A stretch of DNA of 63,148 nucleotides, filler included, from Squatina squatina (lineage: Eukaryota), in NCBI GenBank assembly GCA_031763465.1. It is 3 parts of 3 records of this genome, joined end to end, with 100 filler letters (N's around TTAATTAATTAA, not from the genome) between each part and the next. Parts side by side here need not be neighbours in the genome. Positions count along the whole stretch, not along the records: positions 1 to 23,136 come from JARFOE010000073.1; positions 23,237 to 41,138 come from JARFOE010000100.1; 1 more part is not named here. One strand, given 5' to 3'. The notes beneath the pieces are model-generated. The model was given only the letters and a program-made list of their open reading frames with translations, was not told the origin of the DNA and ran no database searches. Every line of letters begins with the position of its first letter. Position 1 is the first letter of the stretch. Below, in pieces: positions 12,119 through 23,865 of this stretch. The position numbers and the translations under genes are program-made.

Positions 12119-13248
12119 ATGTCTCCATGTCACAGTAACGACCATATAAACAAGTTAACTCTTAGGATTAGGACCAGAGGGCACTGATACAGTGGTCCCG
12201 ATATAGTTCCACAATGGCCAGCATTTTTTTTTCAAGAAACAAGGGAAAATCCTTAAAATGTTTGCCACAATCTTCTGCGATATAAATTATTATACTCAAT
12301 GGTGTTTTTCTGCTGTTTCAGCTTTTTTTTGTTGATCATCAGTTTTTTCTAGCTTCCAACTGGACATGCAAGGACCGAGCTAAAACAATTCATTTCCACC
12401 TTGCCCCGGCCCCACCCAACCTGTTGTACCCCACCTCAGTTATTCTACAAATGTTATTTCACAGAAAATAAGCAGATTTAAAGTGTAACTACAGACATAG
12501 AGAGATGGAACTAGAGTGAAAAAGAGTTAGAAAGGGACAGTGAATAAACATGAGACAGAGAAAGTAAATGAAAGAAAGCTTGACTTTGCAAACAGTATGA
12601 ATAATACAAACCACATGAGCACCAGGTACAGCACCAGAGAACCTCTGAGTTCCATTAGTCGGCTTTGTATTTCACATAGTCATTGATACAACAAATGTTA
12701 TCGACTGGCTGATTAGATATTCTTTATTTTCCCCTTCAGATTCACAAAGAGCCTGAATCTTTCTACGTCAGGCATAAAAATTCTGACTGAAGGCTTTTAA
12801 TTAATGGGCAAAGCACGACAAGAAGGCAATGAAATCTTACAAAATGATTCACTTAAATGAGACGAAATTGCAAAGCAACCTCTCCACTGAGACCAATTCA
12901 GTGGTTTTTGCACTGTGTTCTGCTGATAAACATGTTCCAATCGCTGGGAAAGCTGCACACAGGAGCTGTGTTGAATATAAATTTTAACAGCCTGCTTCAT
13001 GCCAGGAAATTAAAAAGAAACTACATTATGACTTGAGCAACATTTTCAGGACTGTGTCTATAATTATTTCAAGAGCTTTCAAAGTTAACTTGTTTGCAGT
13101 GAGCAGTCAGAATTTATAATAGCTAAAGTACAACCCCAGGTCACCCGATTGCTTTTTCCACACACAAAATAGCTTCATTGCAAAAAATATTTGAAATATT
13201 TTAATGCCACTATCTTGGCAGAATGGACACTTGTGTGAGTAAACAACA

Positions 13249-14037
13249 GGGGGACCCAATTGGTCTGTTTTAGCGCCAAAATATGGTGCTACCTGGCGCT
13301 AAATGGCGGAGAAGGCTCGAAGGGCCGAATGGCCTTCTCCTGCTCCTATTTTCTATGTTTCTATGTTTCTAAAGCAGCACCAGTGTCAATTTTTTAGTTT
13401 TGTGGAATTGGGCATGGCGCCCTGGCGGTGCAAGGGCCTATTCGGCGGGGACGCATTGGCGCCACATGTCGATGTGCGACGCCAACCCCAAAGCATCACT
13501 CCACGACCCCCTGATGAGCCGCGGTCAGATTTGGCCTGTGGCTCGCTGGCAAGGCCCGCATCATTGGCAATGACAGGTTTGACCTGTCGTTGCCAACGAC
13601 ACTTAAAGGTGAGGTGATTATGTCGTACGCTATATTTTCACATCGACTGACTTCCGTGTCAGCCGGTGTTTGGCGGCCGATCGGCCACCAGCGCTGCTTC
13701 GCAAATTTGCTGCCCCCAACTCGGGTCTCTGGGGGCTCATTGGCGGGCCCCTGGGATCTGTCGCCTCAGCCGGTGGCCTTCCCCTTTAAGGCAGGGGGCG
13801 GGGTCGCGGCCTACGCATGTGCACTGGCCTCAGCAACGTGGCTAGCCTGCACTCCCCAGCAATTCGTGGGGTCAGCACCAGGTCAGCGTCGGGTCAGTGC
13901 TTCATTAGCGCTGACACTTTACACTGGCCCGGAAAAGTAGAAAAGACTCCAGTTCCAGGACAGAAGACATCCCTCCGGTGCCGGCAAAAAAACACCGAGC
14001 TCCGAACCAATGCAGCAGCTGATCCCAGCATGCCCCC
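13249..14037. mobile_element. Harbinger-type MITE (GGGGG(A)CCCAATTGG end), CpG-rich
   Basis: The terminus matches those at 21511, 49814-49827 and 1-13. Subterminal TAGCGCC/GGCGCTA motifs are present. Probable degenerate right end gccccc|taa near 14037. Confidence 0.65.
13302..13370 (+). mobile_element. Extremely 5'-truncated CR1 3' tail inserted in the MITE
   Basis: aatggcggagaaggctcgaagggccgaatggccttctcctgctcctatt followed by the 8-bp terminal repeats (ttctatgt)n typical of CR1. Confidence 0.8.
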
Positions 14038-15469
14038 TAATATTGGACTCCGAATTCTCCAACCGTGCTCAGCACAGCTGAATATATTAAATACGCACCT
14101 GGATGCTACCAGACTTCATCGACACTATTAAGGGCCTGATCAAACAATACATACCTTCCTCCAGCCGTATATCCTTCTGTATTCCACACATTGTACTATT
14201 TGTGACAGACAACTTTGATATAGACATGGACATTTTATGTTGGATAAACCCGTGAATGACTTTTCTAACACAAATGGAATTAATGCTGAGAAGGTGAAGT
14301 GGGCTCCTGTGAAGTGTAGTTGGGCTAACACAGAATTTAAAATGGGAAATCCAGCAGAGGTAGGTTTGAATCTGGGGAAAAGGCTGGATGGATTCCCAGT
14401 GATGGTTAGTGGAATTAATTGAGTTTGAAATGACAGTTGCTCAAAAAAGGGGATATAATTTTGGTTTATGCTGAGTATCTATTTTCTAGTTGAGCTAATT
14501 CCCAAGTGAAAATCAGGTCTAATGAACATAATTGACATATTATTCCTAACAGCATAACATTTTGTTAAACTAGGTCTACCTGGAAATGTCCATCTTCAAA
14601 CTAACTTAATTTGCATTCAATTTGTTCTAAATTACATAATTCATTAACATTCTTCATAATGGCATCCTTCAACTTTTCTATAAATAGCACTGCTGGGCGT
14701 TGTCTTATACAGGAAAGTCTCTTTCCTAATTNNNNNNNNNNNNNNNNNNNNNNNNNNNNNNNNNNNNNNNNNNNNNNNNNNNNNNNNNNNNNNNNNNNNN
14801 NNNNNNNNNNNNNNNNNNNNNNNNNNNNNNNTAAAGGTTCAATATAAATGTAAGTTGTTCTTGTTATTATGGCTGCCAGTTACAGAGGACCTCCAAGCAA
14901 AGCAGATGCGATTTTTATTTTCCAAAGAGTGCTGCATGAGGTAAGTTTTGCTCTGCTCACTCGTGAAAAAGTCAGTACTTTGTATTCATGCTTCTTCATG
15001 AACATTAGCGAATTAAAGAAAATAAAATCTTGCATCTAAAGAAAAGATCACAAGAGAAATCAAGTTAACTGCTCAAAGTAATATTAATGGATCAATCATG
15101 TCAAGTCCCCTCAGGTTTTAACGCCAAAAGTTGCTATTAGTAAATAGTGGTTCGAACTGGTTTTAAAGGCACCCATTGCATTTCCGCACCTGCACAGACC
15201 ACGTAAGGGAAAATTCTGCCTGTGTCCAGTGCAAAGCTCCCACAATTGTTAAAACACCATATACATTACTGATGAGGCATTGATCAAAAACAATATATTT
15301 GTTCTTTATCTCTTACAGACACATCTACTGGGCCAATCAGATTTATCAGCCAACAGGAAGGAAATTTCAAAAACATTCCTGCTCATTTTAATGACTCAGA
15401 CATTAGAGATTATAACAAATCTGTAAGCTCTATGAGCTACAGTTCAAAGAGTCCAGACAACCAAGTTCC

Positions 15470-15680
15470 CCAGGCTACCAACACAGTGGCTGCAGAGACA
15501 TCGGGAGAGTAAAGGATCAGATTTGGCCATTTTGCCCTCCACAGCTGAATAGCTTACTGAAATTAACTGATAAGACTCATGCATGGCGAGCGACCACTTG
15601 ATTGAGGTAATAGAGGGTAACTGGCACTCACAGGACCAACCCCAAGTCAACATCTCTGAGAGGGGTTGGTGAGAAAAGCA
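15470..15680 (+). mobile_element. Degenerate 3' half of a shark SINE
   Basis: gatttggc...gaatagc...gaccacttg...gagggtaactggcac is colinear with 48030-48175. Confidence 0.45.
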
Positions 15681-16544
15681 GAAAAATCAAATTAAGTGAG
15701 TACCCAGCAGAATAAGATGCTACCAGTGTTAAGGCAACTCAGCTCAGTTCTAAATTCCTTCTCATGAGTGCATCAGGAATGATCGAGTTCGACATGCCAC
15801 CGACAATAACACACTCATTTCACCCTGAATAATTTGATCTGAATGTGGTGGGAGTTACTAGAATCTAGTGACAAGGACGCCTACTTAATATTCCTGTCAG
15901 CATTGAAAGCATTTTCAATAAAATTGAGAATACGTTTTCAGATAGGCTCATTTTCCTATTACTACAAATGAAGTCCATCTGTATTCCAGTGCTGAATGTC
16001 ATTACAGTATCAGCCAAATGTTGATTCTAATGTTCCTCTCGACAATGATTCTGGCCACATGTCTGTCTCCCGCAATAATCTGTCCCTCATCATTATATCA
16101 GCTTTGACAGATGACTAACAGAAGACCAGGCAGGCTAGCTGCAGCGACCCCTTGGCATTGACTTGCTTCTCAAAATATGCAAAACACACCATTCTGAAGA
16201 GTTTGTGTTTCTTTTTTTTATTTTTCATGTTACATTGTGATCAAGTTGCTTTTTCACCTTCTAAGGAAAATGCTATGCAGTTCTTTTTTAAAGCAACAGT
16301 TACTCCATGTATCTGTATGGAGTTCCTGTTTATTCAGCAGGGTATACATTGTAACTACATTGCATCCATCTCCTAGAATAAACTGATACAGAAACCATTT
16401 CTCACAGGCAGAAGTATATAAATTTACATCTATTATGTAGATAGGCTGAGATATGACAGATGGATTTAATACAGATAAATGTTGGGTAATAGGAGGAAAT
16501 AATAGTAAACAAGTGTATAAGATGAAAGAGACTCCATTGAGAGT

Positions 16545-17215
16545 GGCCAAAAGGAAGAAGATTTGGAAGTGATCATTAATCACATTCTGAAATTATCTGG
16601 TCAGTGTGTGACAGTTATTAATATGGCAAATCAGGTACTGGGGTGCATCTGAAGGGTGCTGGATTACAAGTCAGAGCAAGTTATACCAACATTGTACAGA
16701 TTAATGATGAAGTCAATTCTGGAGTATAGTTTTGGTCATCTTACCTCAAAATACATAGATGAACTAGAAAGGGTTCAGAGAAGTAGTGCCTTAGGGAACT
16801 GTTACAAAGAATGGTGCAAGCCACTAAACTTTTTTTCCCTGAAGAAGATAGAGTATAGGCCTTTAAAATAACTAAAGGTATAGAAAAGGTCAAAGTAAAC
16901 AAGCTATTTAACTTGGACAATGAGCATGAGACCAGAGAACATAAGTAAAAAATTTACAGCTCTCGAGAAAAGTAAGGGCTTAGTTTTCCCACAGGATAGT
17001 TGACTTGTGGAACAAACTCCCAGATGTGATTAAATGACACCTTTAAAGAGGAACTGGATTGCTATCTATTGAAGAGTAAGATTGAGTTATTTAACATCAG
17101 CTTGACTTTTTTTTCCAGGTAGATCAATAGCCGGTGTGGGAAGGATATCTATGATAGAATAATCATACGGAGGCTCCAATGAAGCCAGCTTGTTGGGCTG
17201 AATGGGCCTTTCTTG
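16545..17215 (+). mobile_element. Old CR1 LINE 3' end
   Basis: YKS..VIPTLY.LM..ILEY...IDELERVQR remnant, then WNKLP and the tail gggctgaatgggcctt. Confidence 0.75.
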
Positions 17216-17956
17216 CACTGGATTTTGTCTGGTTCTTANNNNNNNNNNCCATTTACAATGTCAGCAATATCTTCAAAACTGCCCAACAAGTTAGTGAAAC
17301 AATCTTATTGCTTCATACTTTGCTTTGTGAACTTTCATTCTTGTGAGTAAGCAAAGGAATATGTAAGCAGAGCATCAAAGATATTCAGGTGCCTTTGACG
17401 ATCTGCAGGTCTCACCAATGCCTATTTACTAACTGAATCCCACAAAAATCTGAAGAGAACAGACAGTAAACGAGGACAGTAATTGAAAATTAATAAAAAT
17501 GATAAAGCCCATGAATCACACCTGAGTTTGTACTTCAAAATATTCACCTGTTTGAAGGTGCATTTGATTAAAGGCCAATTAAAAAACATTCAAACTGGAA
17601 AACTGAACTTAAATATTGAATCCCCAGCATCACTGCATCTAAAATTGATTTGTTGCTGATATCCTTGGCTTAGCAGCTCTGAGGGTGTATAGATGCTCAT
17701 TATCTTCTGAAACTTGGTTACACTGGAGAAGGTTCAACTTTGTCAAAAACACAATTACAATGGAAAAAGCTGCTGCCTGTCAATCAGCAGCAGTCGCCTA
17801 TTGAAATAAGTGCCAGTATTGATTATTTGCTAAATATAAGCTCAAAGCAAATGTCCTGTGGACAGAATATTGTATTTCTGAGAAGGAAATAAAAGATGAA
17901 TAGTGGATGCTGTCAGTTTAAGACCTTTCTATTACCACACAGCAGGAAGAACATAA

Positions 17957-20900
17957 GGGGAGGTGAAATTTGGCAGGGTCTGAAATTGGGTAATTGCGTA
18001 CTTAAGGCGTTAAGGTGGCGCTAAACATTCTTTAAACGTTAAATCGCCGTTTAACGCCTCCCGCGAAATTCGCTAGGCAAAAACTATAGGTGCAAAATTT
18101 TAGCGTCTCTGCAACCAGGCGAGATTGTGTTTGCGCCTCCGATGACGTCATCAGTGCGCGCAATGCCTCGTTGGTGCCCTATTGCTAAATTCCCCAAACT
18201 TAGCGCCTAAAGTATGCAGAGAAAAACAGCGCCGAGAAAAGTTGGCACTACACATTTTTCACGGCCCGCACCGCCATCTTGGTTTATCGATTCAGAGTCT
18301 GATTGAGTGCCAGGACTATCAGTGGGGACAGGGCTTCATGTAATGTGCTCCTGGCAGCTCAGGGGTATTGGAAGGTCAATCAGAATCATTATAATTTGTC
18401 ATAATACTTAAGCCCTTCAAGTGCCCTGCACTTTTGAACCCAATCGGCCCATCAGTATGGGTGCCTTTCAGGTGGAGAAGGGGGAGACAGGAGCAAAGGA
18501 ACAGGCTGCACCAGCCAGCTGGACAGGGGGCAATGTCAATTCAAGGAGTCCCACCCATCCAACAGTCACCACCTCCACACTACCCTGGAATCAAACACAT
18601 ACACAGTCATGTGGTCAAAAGTGGGATTTATATCAACAGAAACGTGGGACACACATCCTAACTAACTTATTCACCCTAGTGCTTCTAAAATGAACAGTTC
18701 ACCTTCTTCACCCGACTGCTTCTCAGTGATTCCCGTGTGGCTTCAGCAGGGCTACTGGAAGGCTGCTGTGATGTTGAAGGGGTCTCGACAGGTCTCTTGG
18801 CCCTGAATTGGCTTCAGATTGCTCCACCGCAGGAGGTGTGGTGGCAGTCTCGGCTGCCTGGGTGCCAACCATGAGCAGCTGTAATGGTGGAGTGGCAATG
18901 GGAGGCAACTGAATGCTCTCAACATGAGAGAGGAGTGCACCTTCATACTCCTTAAGAGCACTGCCACTCCCCGGGGCATCTCCACCTCTTCCACAGCAGT
19001 CAGTGGGATGGCAGATTGTTGCGTATGGGTGGAGATGTCAGTCCGTTGGTGCAACGTCATGAACCCAGAAGCCATGGCATCTGTCATTGGTTGACTGGCC
19101 CGGAGGTGAGACTCCAGGGCAATAGCAATCCTCTGCGTTGCATCATGCTATGATTGTGCAAGAGCATTTGCAGCATCCATGCGTCCAAACATTGACTCCA
19201 TTGATGAAGATAGCTGAAGGACTGCATCAGCCATTGCACCAACGGATGATGCTACATCGCGCATGAAGCGACTCATGTCATCTGGAACGGACGGAGTGCT
19301 TGGGAGCCCACCAGCTCACGCATGTTTGCTCGAAGGCAACTCGACTCCTCTATGCTCTAAATCAAGCTGTCAACGCTCTCTGGCACCCTTGCCATTGCAT
19401 CCGCCAAGTCTCGATGCCTGGCTAGCACTCTCTCTGGAACAGCCTCTCCCTTGAGGTACTGACCTGTTCTGACCTCAGCAGGACTTGCGCACCAAGTGTC
19501 TCCCTGGATACCTGGCCCCCCAGCTTCCCTTGCCCGTTCACCCTGCTGCAGCCCGCTGCTTCACAGTACGGAGTGAGGAGTGACACTACAGCTATGGAAA
19601 GGGGTGCCCCTGCATGAGGTGGAGGTACCTGCCCTGGTGCTGGGTGCTGAGTCAGGTGCTGACGCTGCTTCTACACTTCCCTCCCCCTCCCCCTGTACAG
19701 CACCCTCCCCCTCTGCCTCTTCTTCAGTAGTTTCCTCTGACTGGCCCTCATTAGAGGCCTCTTCTTCCCCCTCACCCTCTGGAAGCTCGTCAGTCTGAAC
19801 GGAGGCTTGGCTGGCCTCCTCCACAGAAGGGGAACTTTGAGGCATAGTTTCCGACGGCATGGAGGCTTCTTCTGCAAGGAGAAAGGGAAGAGCCTTAAGA
19901 ACGTGGCAGTGGGCCACACCAATAATGGGCCATGCAGAATGGCGAGAATGCAGAAGGCCACATTAGAGTTCCTTCAGAATGTGACAAAAGTTGGTCGTCT
20001 GAGCAGTCGTCTTCACTTACCAATGTCGGACTCACACATATTTGTGTCGTTGCTCCCCACAGCTTCATGGGCATCGTGTCCCATGAGGATGGCCACCCTC
20101 TCCTCCAACGCCGTTAAATGGACTTCTGGGAGGCCCTACTCTTTGCGAGCTTGCCCTGCAAAGGAAAGGGCTAAGATTTAGGCACATCATGGGTTAACAG
20201 CTGCATTCGGTTTACACAATACAGAAGGAAGGCTTCCTCGGAGCAGCTGAAAGTAGCAGAAGATGTTGAGCATTAAAAGCAGCAGAGAGCACTTTGAGGT
20301 AGTATGTTCACCAGAGGAGCAAAGTCATGAGTAATTGAAAAGCAGCAATTGGCACTCACCTGAACCAAATGACTGAGGTCGTTAAACTTTTTATGGCACT
20401 GGTGTGCACTTCTGGCCTGTACGTCCACAGCCGACACTTCCTCCACTATCTTTGCCCAGCTGGCCCAGTGTGCTGCGAGAGCAACCCTTGTCCCTGAAGG
20501 AAGGTAAAGCACCTCTCTCCTGGCCTCCATCGTGGACACAAGGACATTGAGCGCTTCCTCGCAGAACCTTCCGCTCCCTGTAGCAGCTGCCATGGTACCA
20601 AGTGAAAGTGACCAAGGCAACAGCTAGACTCTGATTAAGCTATGCTTTTATGTGATTCAAGGAGGTACTCAAGTCATTGTGCAACGATGTCTTTCAGCTG
20701 AAAGAAGTCATCTCATTAAGCTGTGAGTCCTGTGAGATCATGCACTGACTCAGCTGTGACTTTCTTGAGTCTGCCGTCATGACCTGAGTGAGCTGTTATC
20801 TGTCTCTCATACTGGTGTTATGTCCTTCAAGGAGCCATGGTACAGTTTTGAGTGATGTGCCTAACTCATGACTGTAGTACTGCTATGAGTTATGATTGCT

Positions 20901-21209
20901 TTCACTCTGGGGAGAAGTCCTTGAGAGAACCATGATTTCCTGCAATCGGCACTCCTTTCTTGTGTGTGAAGTGATTTAGAGCAATGTGAAGTGAGGACCA
21001 TGCAATGAATTGTTTGCGCCTCACCTCTGGGGCCAGCAGGGTGCTTGTGCACATAGTGTCTAAATTCCTGACTTAGCGCCTCCCGATCTCGCCTCCTGGG
21101 AAAAAATGGCGAATTTTGCAATGTCATAGCGCCTCCAAATGGAGGCGCTACTGAGGCGCGAACTTTTGCCTTAACGCCTCTGCAGAGGCATCAGCCAATT
21201 TCACCCACT
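17957..21209. mobile_element. PIF/Harbinger DNA transposon, ~3.25 kb, non-autonomous (Myb/SANT gene only)
   Basis: Imperfect TIRs GGGGAGGTGAAATTTGGC / GCCAATTTCACCCACT. TAA lies on both sides (17954-17956 and 21210-21212). Subtermini are CpG-rich, and the interior holds a spliced Myb/SANT-like gene. Confidence 0.8.
18720..20593 (-). pseudogene. Harbinger Myb/SANT-like (MADF-type) DNA-binding protein gene, 3 exons, disrupted
   Basis: Exon 1 at 20593-20360 reads MAAATGSGRFCEEALNVLV..MEARREVL...W.KIVEEVSAV....RSAHQCHKKFNDL with donor GTgagt. Exon 2 at 20155-20021 reads LTALEERVAILMG and needs a frameshift. Exon 3 from 19871 has an acidic tract, then an Ala/Met-rich helical region with in-frame stops. 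The 3' end is approximate. Confidence 0.85.
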
Positions 21210-21510
21210 TAATGTTTTAAATTTAGCTCCCTATGTCCCAGGGCCCACTAATGGTGCCACAGTGAATTTCCAGCTTCTCACCTGAGGATGATGCCCCATT
21301 GGCACTCACCAGTTGTATTCAAATGCCCATAACCCTTGGATTTGGGATCGGATCTGAGGAGCAACCATAGGGCAGGTCGAAGTTCCATCTTGCCTCAGAT
21401 CTGCCCTCAAAAGGACCTCCACTTGAATTTCTGGGACCTAACTTCAAATAGCAAGCATGTGTTAAAAACATTTCGGTTGAATTGTGTGAACACCACTGAG
21501 AAGCGACAAG

Positions 21511-21755
21511 GGGGGCCCAATTGTTTTGCTGTCGTATTCGGGTAGCGCCGAACAGCGCGCTACCCGGGCATGAAAACAGCCCAAAGTAAACATTTTTGAA
21601 TGTGCCGAATTCGGCCTGGCGCCCTGGCGACGCTAAGGCCTCCTCACTGGGGACGCCGTTGGCGCTGGGGTAAGGAGTGTGACGTCATCAAGTCGCGCGC
21701 CGACCCCTCTACACCAGCCCATGACCCCGCTCTGCGTCGCTAGTGAGCCGTCTCT
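21511..21755. mobile_element. Harbinger-type MITE 5' part (truncated by gap)
   Basis: GGGGGCCCAATTG terminus, TAGCGCC motif at 21543 and TGACGTCA at 21680. Confidence 0.65.
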
Positions 21756-23180
21756 NNNNNNNNNNNNNNNNNNNNNNNNNNNNNNNNNNNNNNNNNNNNN
21801 NNNNNNNNNNNNNNNNNNNNNNNNNNNNNNNNNNNNNNNNNNNNNNNNNNNNNNNCTAGGAGTCATCTGAGTATCGCATTGAGTGCCTCCCTTGTGAAGC
21901 GGCGGCAATAAAGACGAATCTTCTCTCCGTGCTCAAGTGCGAGCATCAGGCTTTGTAAATGCAGCTGCTGTGGTTGTGACAGATGGTGACACTATGCCTC
22001 AGGTATTAATGCACCTGTATTTGATGTCCCCTCATGAACTTGTCTTCCTAATCTAAAACAGAGTGTAATAGTAACCCCCAAAGGAATTTCCATCCTCAGC
22101 ACTTTGCTGCAAGCTCCTTTGCAGCACAATTGTCCAAAAATGTGGTAAAACAAAATCAAGATTTAAAAAATGCTGCACTCTGCAGAAACAAAGAAACAAA
22201 TCCAGGACGCTAAAGGCAACCAAATATCAATGCTCAGAAACATAGAATGATACAGCACAGAAGGCGGCCATTGTTCCAAAAAAAACTCCACAAGTTTTCA
22301 ATTAACTTTGGGAATGGTAAAATAGCTTTAAGAATCCAAATTCAACAGGCCAGGGGAGTGGATTAGTTACACGGCCACCTTATATGGGTGAGGTGAGTGC
22401 AGGTTCAGAGCTTGCCCAAGCATCACGAAAACCGCTCCTATGCAAAAACGCATAGTCTTCCTTAGGTTCATTCTTTTTTGCCCATAAGTAATCGCAGCAT
22501 TCGGCGACTTAAGTACATCTCCCCGCCCCAACATTTGCCCAAAATCTGAACACCATCCCCGAAACCCTGTGCCAGCAGCGGAGTCTCAGGATCTCAGGGT
22601 TTATAATTTCAGTCCTTTGCCTGAAGCCATACAGCAAGTACACGTTTGTCTTCCTTCACTGTAAAAATTGTGGCCCTCAGTGACGATAATGAAATACTGC
22701 AGCAAAACTTTAATTTGGCACCCAAAAAGGCGATTATTTATTCGGCCTATTGCTATTTACAAACTCCACTACGCCTTACCTCAAGGTGATCAGCTCCATC
22801 TCCTGACTTTTTGATGTTTCCTCAATCTACTGGACTGTGAATACAGATTGCGAGCTCTTGATGTATTGTCCAAAGTAATCACAGACAGTTTTCTCATTAC
22901 AGGTCATATATCCAGTACAACTCGCAGCTTTTTGCAATATCCAGTATGGTAATGCACTCTGTCATCATGCATCACACCACAATGTTAAGCAAAGTCAGAG
23001 AAATAACAAGCAAAATATTGCAATTCTTTGGCACAATTTAGGCAATTTCTTTTGTCACACCTTGCTGTACCTTCAACTACAGGTGTTCTCCTCCATCCCG
23101 TAAACTCTACAGTAATCCAAGATCCTCCCCTTCCCCNNNNNNNNNNNNNNNNNNNNNNNNNNNNNNNNNNNNNNNNNNNN

Positions 23181-23192
23181 TTAATTAATTAA
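23181..23192. other. Artificial six-frame-stop scaffold spacer
   Basis: TTAATTAATTAA centred in 44N+12+44N = 100 bp. An identical construct is at 41183-41194. Confidence 0.95.
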
Positions 23193-23712
23193 NNNNNNNN
23201 NNNNNNNNNNNNNNNNNNNNNNNNNNNNNNNNNNNNCCTACCCGCCTCCGGATTAAAATTCCTCAATTAGGATCCCTCAATTTGATTGGTTAAGGAGCTA
23301 TGCAGTTGCTTGCTATATTCACACATGTCCCAGATCCCCTGTAGATGGTGCCGTGCTGAAATGGATTTCAAATCACAGCACGTTCCAGTGCAAAGGCCTA
23401 TAGGAAGTCTGTGGGAAATGTAATGAAAAGCTGGCACCGTTTGTTCACCACTGACAGCAAAATTCAAGCCAATATGTATAACGCACTGTCTCAGCCAATC
23501 CCCAAGAATGTTTTAACCCCAAACTGAGTTCTAGTGGCATACATTTTTTTTTTAAAGAAATAAGCATTAAAGTATCATTTTTTCCTTACCTTTTTTAAAA
23601 TAAATAAAAATTGGGCAGCAAGATGATAGAGCACATTGGCGTTCTGATGTATGCCTGTAGCAAATGGTAAGATAAAGGTTCAGCTNNNNNNNNNNAATCT
23701 AAACAGTGCATC

Positions 23713-23865
23713 TGCTGGAAATATGCAAATAAAAACACAAGAATTTGGAAATACTCAGTGGACCAGGCAGCATATTTTGGACCAATGGCTTGAAATGTTG
23801 AATGCTGTTTTTCCACGGATGTTGCCTGGTCTGCTGAGCATTTCTAGCTTTTTCTGTTATTTTTC
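23713..23865. mobile_element. Inverted pair of Penelope-like terminal sequences (foldback element)
   Basis: ggaaatactcagtggaccaggcagcat pairs with gatgttgcctggtctgctgagcatttcta. Same family as 48786-48910. Confidence 0.65.

Noticed and set aside
22780-22834. Minus-strand donor with KKSGDGADHLE resembling HKQDDRGSDHVE
   Set aside because: There is an in-frame stop just upstream, the position in exon order is wrong, and YYFELL is missing.
23137-23236. Palindromic TTAATTAATTAA islands inside N runs (also 41139-41238)
   Set aside because: The exact 44N-12-44N layout with stops in all six frames marks a scaffolding spacer, not biology.
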